Shown: positions 40,304 through 51,681, counted from the first letter of the stretch. The stretch: 64,000 nucleotides of DNA from Longimicrobiales bacterium (GCA_965215065.1 OZ244037.1:3779371-3843370); one strand, 5' to 3'. Program-made: numbers and translations. The notes: generated by a model from the sequence alone, not told the origin.

Positions 40304-41500
40304 ATGGACTGGAAGGAATACGCCGGTCGGCTCAAGTCGCGGCTGGAAAAAGAACGGGACGAGTTGGAGCAGAAGGCCCGCCGGGCCACTCGGGACTTCC
40401 GTGAAGATCTGGAGGTCCTGGAAGACAAGTGGCACGCTTTCGTCGACCGACTCTCCGAGATCGAGCTGAGCGAAGTGACAGACGACATTCGGGACACGGC
40501 GGACGGGCTGGCGTCCGAGCTGCGAGAGGGCTACGCCAAGCTGAAGGACCGGCTCAGGGAGCACGGAAGCCGAGGCGAGCGCGGCAGAGGCGATGCTTCC
40601 CGTTCGAAGGTGTCCTATGAGCAGGACGACGACGATTCATCCGGCGCGGGGGCCGAAGATCATCCGGGAGGACCGGGACCGGACGAATCCAACGACGGCG
40701 AGGCCGGCTACACCATGGGCTACGGCGAGGAGTTTCTTCAGGTGCTCAGGCGCCGGAGCGCGGAGACACACGCGGCGGACCTGCTCCCGCACCTCCGGCC
40801 CGGGATGCGCGTGCTCGATGTCGGCTGCGGCACCGGAACGATCTCTGTAGGGCTCGCCGACGCTGTAGCCCCGGGCAAGCTCCACGGGATCGACATGGAA
40901 GCGTCCCAGATCGAGATCGCCCGGGCTGCGGCCAAGGCGGGAGATCACGCAAACGCGACATTTCGGACCGGCGACGTCACAAGCCTGTCGTTCGAGGACG
41001 ACTCGTTCGACGTGGTGCACTGCCACGCCGTGCTGATGCACGTGCCCGACACGCGGACTGCCCTGGCCGAGATCCGGCGCGTGCTCAAGCGGGGCGGAAT
41101 CCTTGCGGCGCGAGACCTCATCACGGCTTCGTCGTTCATTGAGCCCGTCCTGGGCGACATGGGCAGCGCGTGGGGCGCCTTCGCCGATCTTCTGGCCGTC
41201 AACCGAGGTCACCCGCAGATGGGCAAGGAGATCAAGAGGATCCTGGTGGACGCGGGCTTCGGCGACGTCAAGGCCAACGCTTCCTTCGAGATCTTCCAGT
41301 CCGCCGCCGATCGCGCATTCTACCACGGCTTCGTCACCGAGTGGTTCTTCTCGGACGGCGTGGTGGCGGCCGCGACCCGGCACGGTCTCGTTTCCGCCGA
41401 ACAGTTCGAATCGTGGCAGCGCTCGCTGGACGAATGGAAAGAGCATCCGGGCGGAATCGCCGCGCTGGCTTGGGGGGGAGCCATCGCTAGAAAGGGCTAG
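40304..41500 (+). CDS. Class I SAM-dependent methyltransferase with a ~130-aa charged helical N-terminal extension
   Basis: ATG 40304 with GGAG 12 nt upstream; the track ORF starts at 40199. Motif I VLDVGCGTGTIS and post-I/II blocks (HGIDMEASQIEIAR, FDVVHCHAVLMHV, LKRGGIL). Confidence 0.8.
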   Translation: MDWKEYAGRLKSRLEKERDELEQKARRATRDFREDLEVLEDKWHAFVDRLSEIELSEVTDDIRDTADGLASELREGYAKLKDRLREHGSRGERGRGDASRSKVSYEQDDDDSSGAGAEDHPGGPGPDESNDGEAGYTMGYGEEFLQVLRRRSAETHAADLLPHLRPGMRVLDVGCGTGTISVGLADAVAPGKLHGIDMEASQIEIARAAAKAGDHANATFRTGDVTSLSFEDDSFDVVHCHAVLMHVPDTRTALAEIRRVLKRGGILAARDLITASSFIEPVLGDMGSAWGAFADLLAVNRGHPQMGKEIKRILVDAGFGDVKANASFEIFQSAADRAFYHGFVTEWFFSDGVVAAATRHGLVSAEQFESWQRSLDEWKEHPGGIAALAWGGAIARKG

Positions 41501-41502
41501 CG

Positions 41503-41549
41503 GCCCGTGGATTAATCCCCCCGGCATTCGAGCGGATTAATCCACGGGC
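41503..41549. terminator. Perfect 16-bp-stem hairpin between convergent genes (candidate bidirectional terminator / REP-like element)
   Basis: gcccgtggattaatcc - 15 nt - ggattaatccacgggc fills the gap between stops at 41500 (+) and 41552 (-). Each arm contains the palindrome ggattaatcc. There are no flanking U-tracts. Confidence 0.55.
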
Positions 41550-41551
41550 TG

Positions 41552-42547
41552 TCAGTTGGCCCGGGTCTGTCTGGAAACCTTGTCGAGGAGATCCCGCTCC
41601 TCGTCTGTCAGCGAACCGATCCCCCGAGCGGATATCTTGTCGAGCACTGCATCCACCCTGTCGAGTTCGGCATGCTCTCCGGAGGCCCGCGTCGCCGCAC
41701 GGCGACGCTCGGACACCTCGATCACCCGCGCGGCGCCCCGGCCGCCAGTCCCACGGGAGACGCTGCGGCGGCTCTTCAGATCCCCTCGACCAAAGCGCCC
41801 GAAGCTCCTCGAGCGCAGCCCCCGCCAGCCGCGCCAGCCGACCGGACGACGCGCGCGGGCACGGTCGTGCCTGCCGCGCACACCGGGACCCCGGCCGCGC
41901 CCTCCAGCGGCGCTCCGCCCGGATCCCGGCAGCCAGCCGCTCTTCACGAGGAGGAACCCCGCGATCGCTCCGCCCAGGTGCGCGAGGTGCGCCACGCCGT
42001 CGCGACCCGGCCCGATGGCGCTGACGAAGCTGAGGGACACGAGGAAGATGACCAGCCACTTCACCCGGACGGGCACCAAGCCCCAGATGTAGACCGGCGC
42101 ATTCGGCCAGATCACCGCGAAGGAGAGCATGATCCCGTAGCAGGCCGCCGATGCGCCCACGATCGAGGCGCCCGAAAAGGCGAAGCTGAGCAGTACGCCT
42201 CCGAGCCCGCAGACCAGGTAGAACTTGATGAAGAGGTCCGAACCCCACCTCGACTCCAGCGGCGGTCCGAAGAAGAAGATGAACATAAGGTTGATGAGCA
42301 GGTGCCAGAGCCCCTGATGCACGAACATGTAGGTGAGCATGCCCCACGGTCTCGACAACAGTCGGCCGGGCGAGAAGGCGAAGAGGTCGGCAACGGCTTC
42401 GAAGCCGACCGCGATCGAGATGAGGAACACCACCGCGTTGGCGATCAGCAGCCTCTTCACCCACGGAGTCGCTCTGAAGCCGCTCATGGCGGCGCCATGA
42501 CCCGTCGAACCGGGCGTTCCGAATCTCACGACATCACTCCTGTCCAT
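41552..42547 (-). CDS. Rhomboid-family intramembrane serine protease with a C-terminal extension
   Basis: Rhomboid blocks MFVHQGLWHLLINLMFIFFFG, IVGASAACYG (catalytic Ser region) and AHLAHLGGAIAG (catalytic His). The start is uncertain (ATG 42547 or 42487; track 42574). Confidence 0.85.
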   Translation of the reverse strand: MDRSDVVRFGTPGSTGHGAAMSGFRATPWVKRLLIANAVVFLISIAVGFEAVADLFAFSPGRLLSRPWGMLTYMFVHQGLWHLLINLMFIFFFGPPLESRWGSDLFIKFYLVCGLGGVLLSFAFSGASIVGASAACYGIMLSFAVIWPNAPVYIWGLVPVRVKWLVIFLVSLSFVSAIGPGRDGVAHLAHLGGAIAGFLLVKSGWLPGSGRSAAGGRGRGPGVRGRHDRARARRPVGWRGWRGLRSRSFGRFGRGDLKSRRSVSRGTGGRGAARVIEVSERRRAATRASGEHAELDRVDAVLDKISARGIGSLTDEERDLLDKVSRQTRAN

Positions 42548-43581
42548 GCCGGGCGCCTCGCTCCGGCTTCCCACCCCGATCGACAGATGCGTTCACACAG
42601 CTCGGGGAATTCAATGCCGGCCGCCCCGGCCGCTTTCGGCAGCAGGCTGTTGGCGGTCAATCCCGGCAGCGCATTGGCTTCCAGGCACCAGGCCCGATCG
42701 TTTCCGTTAACGATGAAGTCGACACGCGAGAAGTGCCGCAGGCCCAGAATACGATGCACCCGGAGCGCGTCGGACTGCAAGGCATCCGCAAGATCGCGCG
42801 GAATGCGTGCCGGCGCGGTCTCGATCGCCATTCCCTGCTCATACTTGCAGTCGAAGTCGAATATCTCGCGTACAGGCTCGATCTCGACGACCGGCAGTGC
42901 TTCTCCATCCAGAATTCCCACCGTGAATTCACGCCCCCGCACATACCGCTCGTACATGACGGCATCGGCGCCCCCCGCCGCCACCTTCGTCGCGTCGTCC
43001 ACCTCCTCGACCGAGCGCGCGAGCACCAGGCGGACCGACGATCCCCCCGACACCGGCTTCACGATGACGGGGAGACCGAGCCGCTTCGCCACCGCTTCGC
43101 CCGCCGTTCGGCCTGCGATCCACTCGGGCGTCGCGATACCCGCGTCCCTCAGAAGGCGCTTCGTGAGGTCCTTGTTCATCGCCAGGACGCAACCGACCGG
43201 CCCGCTTCCCGCGTAGACGATGCCCGACGCTTCCAGAAGAGTCTGAATCGTCCCGTCCTCTCCTGCCCCACCGTGAAGCGCCGGAAACACCACGTCGGCC
43301 TCGGCGAGCGCCTCCGTGCGTGCGGTCACCTCGGCGTCCGGGAGCGCATGGGGGTTCCGGGGTGCGGGAACGGGAATCTCCGCGCGCCCGATGCCGGCTT
43401 CGAGGATGAGCTGTTCCTGGTCGGGGGAGAGCGGCCCTGCGGCAGAATCGATGCTGATCACGTCGTGTCCGGCCGATCTCAGGGCCGCGGCCACTTCGCA
43501 TCCGCTGGCCAGCGCCACGCCCCGCTCCTCGGAGCTGCCCCCCAACAGCACCGCGACCCGCAACCGGGGCGGCCGGCTCAT
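42526..43581 (-). CDS. ddl: D-alanine--D-alanine ligase
   Basis: 351 aa with RVAVLLGGSSEEREVSL-like RVAVLLGGSSEERGVAL, HGGAGEDGTIQ, the ATP-grasp core, and EANALPGLT. Confidence 0.95.
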   Translation of the reverse strand: MSRPPRLRVAVLLGGSSEERGVALASGCEVAAALRSAGHDVISIDSAAGPLSPDQEQLILEAGIGRAEIPVPAPRNPHALPDAEVTARTEALAEADVVFPALHGGAGEDGTIQTLLEASGIVYAGSGPVGCVLAMNKDLTKRLLRDAGIATPEWIAGRTAGEAVAKRLGLPVIVKPVSGGSSVRLVLARSVEEVDDATKVAAGGADAVMYERYVRGREFTVGILDGEALPVVEIEPVREIFDFDCKYEQGMAIETAPARIPRDLADALQSDALRVHRILGLRHFSRVDFIVNGNDRAWCLEANALPGLTANSLLPKAAGAAGIEFPELCERICRSGWEAGARRPAWTGVMS

Positions 43582-43645
43582 GGCGAGCCGCGCCGCATTG
43601 ACCGGACTGCGCGACGAACCACGACCCGCAGCCGAGGCGGCCGGC

Positions 43646-45106
43646 TCACGGCGAAGCCGCCAGAGAGCGGACCAGGTCGTACCGCGTCAGAATGCCGTCC
43701 ATGCGGCCTCCGGACCGGATCAGCACGGCCTCCGCTCCCCCCGTCAGCAGCCGGACCGCCGCGTCGGCGTCCGTGCGCTCGCCCAAAACCGGGTACGGTT
43801 CCCCCATGACGCGCTCTACCTCCGCATCGAGCAGCGACCGGTCGGACAGGACCGCGCCCATGAGCCTCCGTTCCGAGATGCTTCCCACGCAGTCCCCATC
43901 TACCACCACCGGAAGCTGCGAGACGTTGTGGGAGGACAGCGTCGAGACGGCCATGCGCACGGGCATGGCGGGGGTGGCCGTGAGGAGCCGCGGGAGCCGC
44001 TCGAACTTCGCGGCCGCCATGTCGGCCACCGTTGATTTCGGGCGCTGGAGGAAGCCGTTGTTGCGCATCCATTCGTCGTCGTACTGCTTGGTCAGGTATC
44101 GTTCGCCCCAGTCGCACAGGATCGTGACCACACACGCGTGAGGATCGTCGATCCGGCGCGCCTCCATGAGCGCGGCGTGGACGAGAAGCCCTGTGGATCC
44201 ACCCACGAACAGCCCCTCCTCCACCGCCAGGCGGCGCGCCATGCGGAAGGCGTCTCCGTCGGTCACGGTCACGTAGTCGTCCACGCAGTCGAGGTCGAGC
44301 GCGCCGGGGATCCGGTCGTTCCCCAGCCCTTCGACCTTGTACGGGCGGCCTTCGCCGAGCTCCCCGGTCGCGTAGAACCCGGAGATGGCCGACCCCACGG
44401 GATCGACCCCCGTCACGCGGACATCCGGATTCCGTTGCTTGAGGTACCTCCCGGTCCCCGAAATCGTACCCCCGGTACCGGCGCCCGCGACGAAGTGCGT
44501 GACCGCCCCTGCCGTCTGTTCCCAGATCTCGGGGCCGGTCGTACGGTAATGGGCGTCGGGGTTGTCGCGGTTCTCGAACTGGTCGGCGAGAAGGGCCCCC
44601 GGGGTCTCTGCGGCGATCGCGCGGGCGCGGTTCACATAGTGGTCCGGGTGGTCCGAAGGCACCGCCGTCGGTGTGATGACCACCTCGGCCCCGAAGGCTC
44701 GCAGCAGCTTGACCTTCTCGGTGCTCACCTTGTCGGGCATGGTGAAGATGCAGCGGTACCGGCGGATTGCGGCCACCATCGCCAGGGCCAGGCCGGTGTT
44801 GCCGCTGGTGGCCTCCACGACGGTTCCGCCCGGGCCGAGCCGGCCTGCGGCCTCCGCCGCATCGATCATCGCCACGCCGATCCGGTCCTTGACCGACCCG
44901 CCCGGACTCATGAATTCGGCCTTCCCGTAGACGGGCGTGCGAATTCCCTCGGTCACGCGGTTCAGGCGGATCAGCGGCGTCCATCCCACGAGCTCCAGGA
45001 CATCGCCGTAGGGCTCGCCGTGCCTCGCGGGCCTGCCTGCGGGCGCGTCCGCGCACGGTTCCCGGTGGTCGGACGGGGCGACCGCGGCCTCTCGCAGCTC
45101 TTCCAC
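43646..45106 (-). CDS. Cystathionine beta-synthase-like PLP enzyme (CysK fold plus C-terminal CBS pair)
   Basis: 486 aa with the PLP-lysine block GGSVKDRIG, SGNTGLALA and GTGGTISG. Two CBS motifs lie in the last ~130 aa. GTG start. Confidence 0.88.
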   Translation of the reverse strand: MEELREAAVAPSDHREPCADAPAGRPARHGEPYGDVLELVGWTPLIRLNRVTEGIRTPVYGKAEFMSPGGSVKDRIGVAMIDAAEAAGRLGPGGTVVEATSGNTGLALAMVAAIRRYRCIFTMPDKVSTEKVKLLRAFGAEVVITPTAVPSDHPDHYVNRARAIAAETPGALLADQFENRDNPDAHYRTTGPEIWEQTAGAVTHFVAGAGTGGTISGTGRYLKQRNPDVRVTGVDPVGSAISGFYATGELGEGRPYKVEGLGNDRIPGALDLDCVDDYVTVTDGDAFRMARRLAVEEGLFVGGSTGLLVHAALMEARRIDDPHACVVTILCDWGERYLTKQYDDEWMRNNGFLQRPKSTVADMAAAKFERLPRLLTATPAMPVRMAVSTLSSHNVSQLPVVVDGDCVGSISERRLMGAVLSDRSLLDAEVERVMGEPYPVLGERTDADAAVRLLTGGAEAVLIRSGGRMDGILTRYDLVRSLAASP

Positions 45107-45112
45107 GGGCTG

Positions 45113-45637
45113 CTATCTCCCTCTGCCGCCGGTCCGGGGTTCCTCCGGCACGAGCGTCGAATCCGCTTCGCCTTCCGGCGGACCCCCCGGGGGGGTATTT
45201 GCATTCTTCTCGAAGTGCACGGGGATCCGCGTCCACACCCGCAACGCCTCGCCTTCCCTCACGGCCGGTGCGAACCGCATCGCCCGCGCTCCTCGCGCGG
45301 CCGCGGAGTCCAGCAAGGCATACCCGCTGCTCTCGACCACCATTACGCTGTCCACCCCGCCTTCCTCGTTGACCAGCACCCGAACGAGCGCGGTCCCCTC
45401 GACGTTCTGATTCCACATCTCCAAGGGATACTCCACCGGGCTGACCGAAAAGACGGGTGTCGGCTTCTCGATCTCACCGCCGATGTCGCATCCCATGGCC
45501 AAGAACCCCGCGGCGAAACCCGGCAGTCCGTGGACGAATCCGCGCCGACACCGGGAGCGGCGAAGCGCTGTGCGAGCTCTCGCCTCGGTCCTCACGCCCT
45601 CCCCCCGGTCCTCATACACTCCATCGCCCCACTTCAA
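45113..45637 (-). CDS. TonB C-terminal domain protein, probable lipoprotein
   Basis: The C-terminal half (YPLEMWNQNVEGTALVRVLVNEEGGVDSVMVVESSGYALLDSAAARGARAMRFAPA) matches the TonB_C fold pattern. Lipobox-like FLAMGC. The start is uncertain (TTG 45637 gives a TTGA overlap with the mutS stop). Confidence 0.65.
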   Translation of the reverse strand: MKWGDGVYEDRGEGVRTEARARTALRRSRCRRGFVHGLPGFAAGFLAMGCDIGGEIEKPTPVFSVSPVEYPLEMWNQNVEGTALVRVLVNEEGGVDSVMVVESSGYALLDSAAARGARAMRFAPAVREGEALRVWTRIPVHFEKNANTPPGGPPEGEADSTLVPEEPRTGGRGR

Positions 45638-48306
45638 GCCTCCGTTGCCGCCTCCCGCAGAGAATAAACTAAACTCAATGCCTCGAGGGGCGTCATACGG
45701 TCGGGTTCCAGACTTCGAAGCCGCGCGACTACCGGATGCACCGCTTCGAAGAGCGAAAGCTGGTCCATGCCGGACCCCGCACCCCCTCCCCGGGCGCTCC
45801 CGCTCCGTCCGAAGGCAGCGCGGCCTCCCGCCCCGGCTCTCTCCGGCCCGGCTCCCTCGGGCCCGCTGCCCTCCAGCTCGGCGAGAAGCTGCTTCGCCCG
45901 AGCGATCACGGCAGCGGGGATGCCGGCGAGCCGCGCCACGTGGATCCCGTAGGATCGGTCCGCACCGCCCGCTTCCAAGCGCCGCAGAAATACGATGTCG
46001 TCTCCCGCCTCGCGCACCGCGACGTTCAGGTTCTTCACACGGGCAAGAACATCCGACAGCTGCGTCAGTTCATGATAATGCGTGGCGAAGATCGCCTTCG
46101 CGCCCACGTGATGGTGCAGGTGCTCGGTGACGGCCCACGCGATGGACACCCCGTCGTAGGTCGAGGTGCCCCGGCCGATTTCGTCGAGGAGGATGAGGCT
46201 CCGCTCGGTGGCTCCGTGAATGATCGCCGCGGTCTCGTTCATCTCCACCATGAACGTCGACTGGCCCGAGAGAAGGTCGTCCGATGCGCCGACGCGGGTG
46301 AACACGCGGTCGCACATACCCAGCTTCGCGCTGTCGGCGGGCACGAATGACCCGATCTGGGCCATGATCTGGATGAGTCCGGTCTGACGCAGCACCGTGC
46401 TCTTGCCGGCCATGTTCGGACCGGTCACGATCGCTATGCGGCCGTCTTCGTCGAGCCGAAGGTCGTTCGGGATGAAGTCGCTTCCGGGCATCACGGTCTC
46501 GACGACGGGGTGGCGGCCGGCGACGATGTCGAGCGTGAAACCGGTGGTGACCTCCGGGCGCACGTAACCGTTTCGCTCCGCCACCTCCGCCAATGCGGCA
46601 AGAACATCGAGAGCGGCGATCCGCCGGCTGGCCGTCTGGATCCGCGGGACCGTCAAGGCAAGCTCGCCGCGAACACGGACGAAGAGTGCGCGCTCGAGGT
46701 GCGTGATCCTGTCCTCGGCGTCAAAGGCTTTCTCCTCCCAGTCCTTAAGTTCGGGCGTAAAGTAGCGCTCTGCGTTGGTGAGCGTCTGTTTTCGTACGAA
46801 ATGCTCGGGGACTCTGGAGCGGTTCGCGTTCGTCACCTCCAAGTAGTATCCGAACACTTTGTTCTGGCCGACCTTCAGCGAGGCGATTCCGGTGCGTTCT
46901 CGTTCCATGGCCTCGAGATCGGCGATGAATTCCTCGGCGCTGTCACGGATTTCCCTGAGCCTGTCCAGCTCCCCGTCGAATCCCCGGCGGATCACGCCGC
47001 CTTCGCCCAACGTCGCAGGTGCGTCCCCGGATACGGCCTCCGTGATTCTGGCTTCGACATCTTGAAGCGTGTCGAGACTGTCCACGAGCTCGCACAGGAT
47101 GTCGCTCTCGGCCGCGGCGCCCGCATCGATCACCTCGGGGAGCCGACGCACCGACCGGGCCAGCGCCAGCACTTCCCTGGGCGTGGCGCGCCCCGAGCCG
47201 ATCTTGGCGGCGAGGCGGTCCAGATCACGGATGCCATCCAGGGCGGAACGGAGGCGGGAACGGAGGGGCGGCACGTCGAACAGCTCGGTGACGCCGTCCA
47301 GCCTCTTCCAGACTTCCCCCTCGTCGAGCAGCGGCCGCAGCACCCAGCTTCTCAGCAGGCGTGCGCCCATCGGTGTGGACGTGAGATCGAGCACGGAGAG
47401 CAGAGAAGACGCCTTGCGGTTCTGGTCCGGTCGCAGCGGCTCGACGAGCTCGAGGTTGCGGCGCGTCATGGAATCCAGGGCCATGACCGTGCCCAGGCGC
47501 TGAATCCTCGGGGGCCCGAGGATTTTGGCCGCGCCGGGCCTGATCTCCTCCACATATGCGACGAGTCCCCCGGCGGCCTGTACGAGCAGCTCGTCGCCGG
47601 CTTCAAAGCCGAACCCGTCCAGCGAATGGACGTTGTAGCGTTGCGTCAGCTCCTCGCGCGCCGTGACCGGATCGAAGAGCCAGTCCGGGCGGGTGGTCAG
47701 GATCGCCGGCGTGCGCCCTCCCAGATCCCGGTCTGCCGATTCGGGCGCCAGCAGCTCGCTGGGCTCCAGACGCTGGAGCTCGTCATCGATCCGGGAGCGC
47801 GGGACGCCGAACACGACGAGCTGTCCGGTGGAGATGTCCATCGCGGCCAGGCCGGCATCGGCCTCGCCCGCGGCCGGCCCGGCATCGGCCTCACCGACGA
47901 CCAGAGCCACGATGAAGTTGTTGCGGCCCGCGTCCAGGAGAGCATCCGAGACCACCGTTCCGGGCGTCACGGTCTCGACGACCTCCCTGCGCACGATCCC
48001 CCTGGCCTCGGCGGGGTCTTCGACCTGATCGCAGATCACGGCCTTCCGCCCGAGCCGGACCAGGCGGTCCACATATTCCTGCAGCGCTTTGGCCGGAACA
48101 CCGGCCAGCGGAACCCGCTGTGCGGCGCCGTTGTTGCGCGAGGTGAGCGTCAGCCCCAGAAGGCGCGAGGCCGCTTCCGCGTCCTCGCAGAACAGCTCGT
48201 AGAAGTCGCCCACGCGGAAGAAGACGAGGTCGTCGGCGTGACGGGACTTCACCTGCCGCCATTGCCGCATGAGCGGAGTGTCCAAGCCGGTGTTCGCTCT
48301 GGTCAC
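45634..48306 (-). CDS. mutS: DNA mismatch repair protein MutS
   Basis: 890 aa with [22 protein letters not shown], the Walker [11 protein letters not shown], and [15 protein letters not shown] start overlaps the copA stop (GTGA). Confidence 0.97.
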   Translation of the reverse strand: MTRANTGLDTPLMRQWRQVKSRHADDLVFFRVGDFYELFCEDAEAASRLLGLTLTSRNNGAAQRVPLAGVPAKALQEYVDRLVRLGRKAVICDQVEDPAEARGIVRREVVETVTPGTVVSDALLDAGRNNFIVALVVGEADAGPAAGEADAGLAAMDISTGQLVVFGVPRSRIDDELQRLEPSELLAPESADRDLGGRTPAILTTRPDWLFDPVTAREELTQRYNVHSLDGFGFEAGDELLVQAAGGLVAYVEEIRPGAAKILGPPRIQRLGTVMALDSMTRRNLELVEPLRPDQNRKASSLLSVLDLTSTPMGARLLRSWVLRPLLDEGEVWKRLDGVTELFDVPPLRSRLRSALDGIRDLDRLAAKIGSGRATPREVLALARSVRRLPEVIDAGAAAESDILCELVDSLDTLQDVEARITEAVSGDAPATLGEGGVIRRGFDGELDRLREIRDSAEEFIADLEAMERERTGIASLKVGQNKVFGYYLEVTNANRSRVPEHFVRKQTLTNAERYFTPELKDWEEKAFDAEDRITHLERALFVRVRGELALTVPRIQTASRRIAALDVLAALAEVAERNGYVRPEVTTGFTLDIVAGRHPVVETVMPGSDFIPNDLRLDEDGRIAIVTGPNMAGKSTVLRQTGLIQIMAQIGSFVPADSAKLGMCDRVFTRVGASDDLLSGQSTFMVEMNETAAIIHGATERSLILLDEIGRGTSTYDGVSIAWAVTEHLHHHVGAKAIFATHYHELTQLSDVLARVKNLNVAVREAGDDIVFLRRLEAGGADRSYGIHVARLAGIPAAVIARAKQLLAELEGSGPEGAGPERAGAGGRAAFGRSGSARGGGAGSGMDQLSLFEAVHPVVARLRSLEPDRMTPLEALSLVYSLREAATEA

Positions 48307-50597
48307 GCGGGTTCGTACCGTCGCAATCGGTTGGCGTTGGCCACCACGGTGACGGAACTGAACGCCATCGCCGCTCCGGCAATCATCGGCGACAGGAGAA
48401 GCCCCAGAGCGGGATACAGCACCCCTGCGGCCACGGGGATTCCGATCACGTTGTAGGCGAACGCGCCCACCAGGTTCTGCACGATGTTGCGGTGTGCGGC
48501 CCGCGAGATGAGGAGCAGCGTTTCGACGCCGCGCAGCGAGTCTCCGAGGAGGGCCGCGTCGCCGGTCTGCACGGCGACATCGGTCCCTCCCCCCATTGCG
48601 ATGCCCACATCCGCCGCGGCGAGCGCCGGTGCGTCGTTGACCCCGTCGCCGACCATCGCCACCACCCTGCCCCGCTCGCGCAGAGCGGCGATCTCCCGGG
48701 CCTTGTCCGCGGGCGAAACCCCGGCGCGGACATCCTTGATCCCCACCTGTCCGGCAACCCTGTCGGCGGCGGCCTCTTCGTCGCCGGTGAGCATCATGAC
48801 ATCGACACCCCGTTCGCTGAGGCGCTCGACGGCGGCCCGGGCATCTTCCCGAACGGCGTCGGACACACCGAAGACTCCTGCTGCGATCCCATCGACGGCA
48901 ACGACCACCGGCGTCGCTCCGTCCCGGGCAATTCGCTCCAAATGCCCGCTTAGGGATCCGGTCTCGACCCCCGCGGCCAGCAGAAACACGGGCGATCCGG
49001 CGAGCACCCGGCGGCCCTCCGCCACCGCCGAGACTCCCCTGCCCGGATGCGCCGCGAAGTTCGCCGCGTCACCGGGCCGAACGCCCATCTCGCGGGCATA
49101 CCGAACCACGGCGCGTGCGGCGGGGTGCTCCGACGACGCCTCCGCCGTCGCCGACATCCGCATGAACTCCACCTCGTCGAACGGCGGTGACGGCGCCGCG
49201 TGAACGACCGCCGGCTTGCCCAGAGTCAGGGTTCCGGTCTTGTCGAGAACCACGGTATCCACCCGGCGGGCCCTCTGGAGGGCCTCGCCGTCTCGGATCA
49301 GCACCCCGTGCGCCGCCGCCTTTCCGATGGCGATCATCACCGAAATGGGCGTGGCCAGACCCAGCGCGCAGGGGCACGCGATCACGAGAACCGAGACGGC
49401 GGTCACCATGGCGAAGTTCAGCCGGGGCTCGGGTCCGGCAAAGTACCATGTGGCGAAGGTGGCCAGAGCGACGGCGATCACCGCCGGAACGAAGCGGCCG
49501 GCCACCGCGTCGACCGTCTTCTGAATCTGCGGTTTGCTCCCCTGGGCGCGCCGCACCATGGCGACGATCCGGGCCAGCACGGTATCCTCTCCGACCCGGG
49601 TCACCTCGACGGTCAAGGCGCCGGTGCCGTTGACGGTGCCGCCCGCCACCTCGTCGCCCTGCGACTTGACGACGGGGACGCTTTCCCCGGTGAGCATCGA
49701 TTCATCGACCTCGCTGACGCCGCGCCGGACCCGTCCGTCCATGGGCACGCGACTGCCGGGGCGAACCAGGACAAGATCACCCGGATTCACCTCCGCCGCA
49801 GGAACGGTCTCGGTTCCGTCCGGCCCGAGCCGTTCGGCCGTTTCGGGGGAAAGGTCGAGCAGCGCCCTCAACGCCCTGGCGGTGCGGCCCTTCGCTCTCG
49901 ATTCCACGGCCTGGCCGAGAACCACCAGCGTGATCACTGCCGCGACCGCCTCGTAGAAGGGACGCCCGCTGCCCGCCGGAAAGAGCTCGGGCGCCAGCAA
50001 CACGGTCGTGGAGTAGAGCCACGCGGCGCCGGTTCCCAACGCCACGAGCGTGTCCATGTTCGCCGACCGCCTCCGGGCGGCGGCCCATGCCCCCGTAAAG
50101 AAACGCTGTCCCACATACAGGATGATCGGCAGCGTGAAGAGCCCCGAGAGCCACCAGGCCATGCGCAGCGCATCGGCGCTCATGCCCGGAAGTCCCGGAA
50201 TCATCTGAATCATCTCCCAGTGCCCGATCAGCACGACCGGGACGCCCAGGACCGCGCCGACCCGGAACCGGCGCATGAGGTCTCGATGCTCGGCTTCACG
50301 CTCCTCGTCCCCGGTGCGGGCCGCATCGACTGCATCGCGTCCGGTCCCCGCAAGCACTTCGGCCCGGTAGCCGGCCTCCTCGACCGCACCCACGAGCGAC
50401 GCGGGTTCGGCAACCCCTCCCGCCAGTCTCACCCGCGCGGTCTCGTCCACGAGATTCACGCTGGCCTCGGCGATGCCGTCCACCCCGGCGAGGGCTCTCT
50501 CCACCGTCGACACGCAGGAGGCGCAGTGCATCCCGCGTATGCGGAGCTGGATTTCGTCGCCTGCGTCTTCCAGCCGATTCAATCCCCGCCGATTCAC
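48303..50597 (-). CDS. copA: Copper-translocating P1B-type ATPase
   Basis: HMA domain [15 protein letters not shown], the CPC motif in [19 protein letters not shown], and [10 protein letters not shown]. Start set at GTG 50597 (GTGA overlap with the holA stop). ATG 50645 is the alternative and would overlap holA by 52 nt. Confidence 0.93.
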   Translation of the reverse strand: MNRRGLNRLEDAGDEIQLRIRGMHCASCVSTVERALAGVDGIAEASVNLVDETARVRLAGGVAEPASLVGAVEEAGYRAEVLAGTGRDAVDAARTGDEEREAEHRDLMRRFRVGAVLGVPVVLIGHWEMIQMIPGLPGMSADALRMAWWLSGLFTLPIILYVGQRFFTGAWAAARRRSANMDTLVALGTGAAWLYSTTVLLAPELFPAGSGRPFYEAVAAVITLVVLGQAVESRAKGRTARALRALLDLSPETAERLGPDGTETVPAAEVNPGDLVLVRPGSRVPMDGRVRRGVSEVDESMLTGESVPVVKSQGDEVAGGTVNGTGALTVEVTRVGEDTVLARIVAMVRRAQGSKPQIQKTVDAVAGRFVPAVIAVALATFATWYFAGPEPRLNFAMVTAVSVLVIACPCALGLATPISVMIAIGKAAAHGVLIRDGEALQRARRVDTVVLDKTGTLTLGKPAVVHAAPSPPFDEVEFMRMSATAEASSEHPAARAVVRYAREMGVRPGDAANFAAHPGRGVSAVAEGRRVLAGSPVFLLAAGVETGSLSGHLERIARDGATPVVVAVDGIAAGVFGVSDAVREDARAAVERLSERGVDVMMLTGDEEAAADRVAGQVGIKDVRAGVSPADKAREIAALRERGRVVAMVGDGVNDAPALAAADVGIAMGGGTDVAVQTGDAALLGDSLRGVETLLLISRAAHRNIVQNLVGAFAYNVIGIPVAAGVLYPALGLLLSPMIAGAAMAFSSVTVVANANRLRRYEPA

Positions 50598-51598
50598 GAT
50601 CTCGCTCTCCCGGAGATCCGGGTCAGGCGGCACGAGAGAAGCCATTCCTCCATGAGTACGTCATCCGCAATCGCGCTGGCTTTGAGGAGTCGATCCAGCC
50701 GACGAAGGCCGCGGACGGCCCGTGCCAGCTCCGCCCGTGTCCAACGACTAGCCTGCCCTGCAATGCGACGGGCCGCAAAGCGCTGGAAAGGGGGCAGCAC
50801 GGACTGCACCGCCCGGGCTCCGCCTTCCGACGCGATACCGATCCGCAGCAGATGCGTCGCAAGCCAGATCACCAGCCCGACTGCCGTCTCCCCCTGTTGC
50901 AGCAGGATCGGGAGACCCCGCACCGCCTCCTCGATTCTGCGGTTTCCCACGAGATCGAACCAGGCCCAACGATCCTGGGTCGGCAACCTGAGCCCGCCGC
51001 GTCGCACCGCGTCGACATCCACCGGGGCATCATGACCCACCATCTCGGCCAGCTTCCTCACCTCTTGGGCGAGCACCCCGAGATCGGTCCCCGCGGCCCC
51101 CACCAATGCCTGCGCACCCTCGATCTCCACGGTCACGCCGATTTCCTCCCGAGCCCAGGCGACCAGCCAGCCGGGGATGCCGTCGACCGGCACGGGCTTG
51201 AAATCGACCGCCGTCGCAACCCGGGCCAGATCCTTGTAGAACTTGGCCTTGGAGCGCCGAGGCAGTGTGGCCTGAAGGATCAGGACCAATCCGGGGGGGG
51301 GATCCTGCGCGGCCGCCAAGATGACCTTGCGGGCCTTGGGACTTCCGGCCAGAGCTTCCACTTCCTTGAGGTGCACCACACGCCACTCCGCCATCATGGG
51401 CGGCGTCTCCACGACCGACGCCAGTCGCTCCACCGACACTTCGGATCCGAAGAGACGGTCGAGGTTGAAGTCGCGCGTCGCCGGATCGGCGTACCGCTCC
51501 ACGAGGAATTCGGCGGCGGCCCGCTTCCGGAAACCGTCATCGCCGTGAAGGAAGAAAGCCCCGCCTTCGCGGGCGGCGCGCAGAGAAACCGGGATCAA
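50594..51598 (-). CDS. holA: DNA polymerase III delta subunit
   Basis: 334 aa with [18 protein letters not shown] and [11 protein letters not shown], plus overall HolA length and pattern. TTG start. Confidence 0.82.
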   Translation of the reverse strand: MIPVSLRAAREGGAFFLHGDDGFRKRAAAEFLVERYADPATRDFNLDRLFGSEVSVERLASVVETPPMMAEWRVVHLKEVEALAGSPKARKVILAAAQDPPPGLVLILQATLPRRSKAKFYKDLARVATAVDFKPVPVDGIPGWLVAWAREEIGVTVEIEGAQALVGAAGTDLGVLAQEVRKLAEMVGHDAPVDVDAVRRGGLRLPTQDRWAWFDLVGNRRIEEAVRGLPILLQQGETAVGLVIWLATHLLRIGIASEGGARAVQSVLPPFQRFAARRIAGQASRWTRAELARAVRGLRRLDRLLKASAIADDVLMEEWLLSCRLTRISGRARS

Positions 51599-51681
51599 GT
51601 TCGTCAGCGGTCGTTCGGCGTTTGGCAGCAGCGATGTCCGAAGCCTAATCGGGATGGACCGCTGCCGCGAGACCCTGGGAA

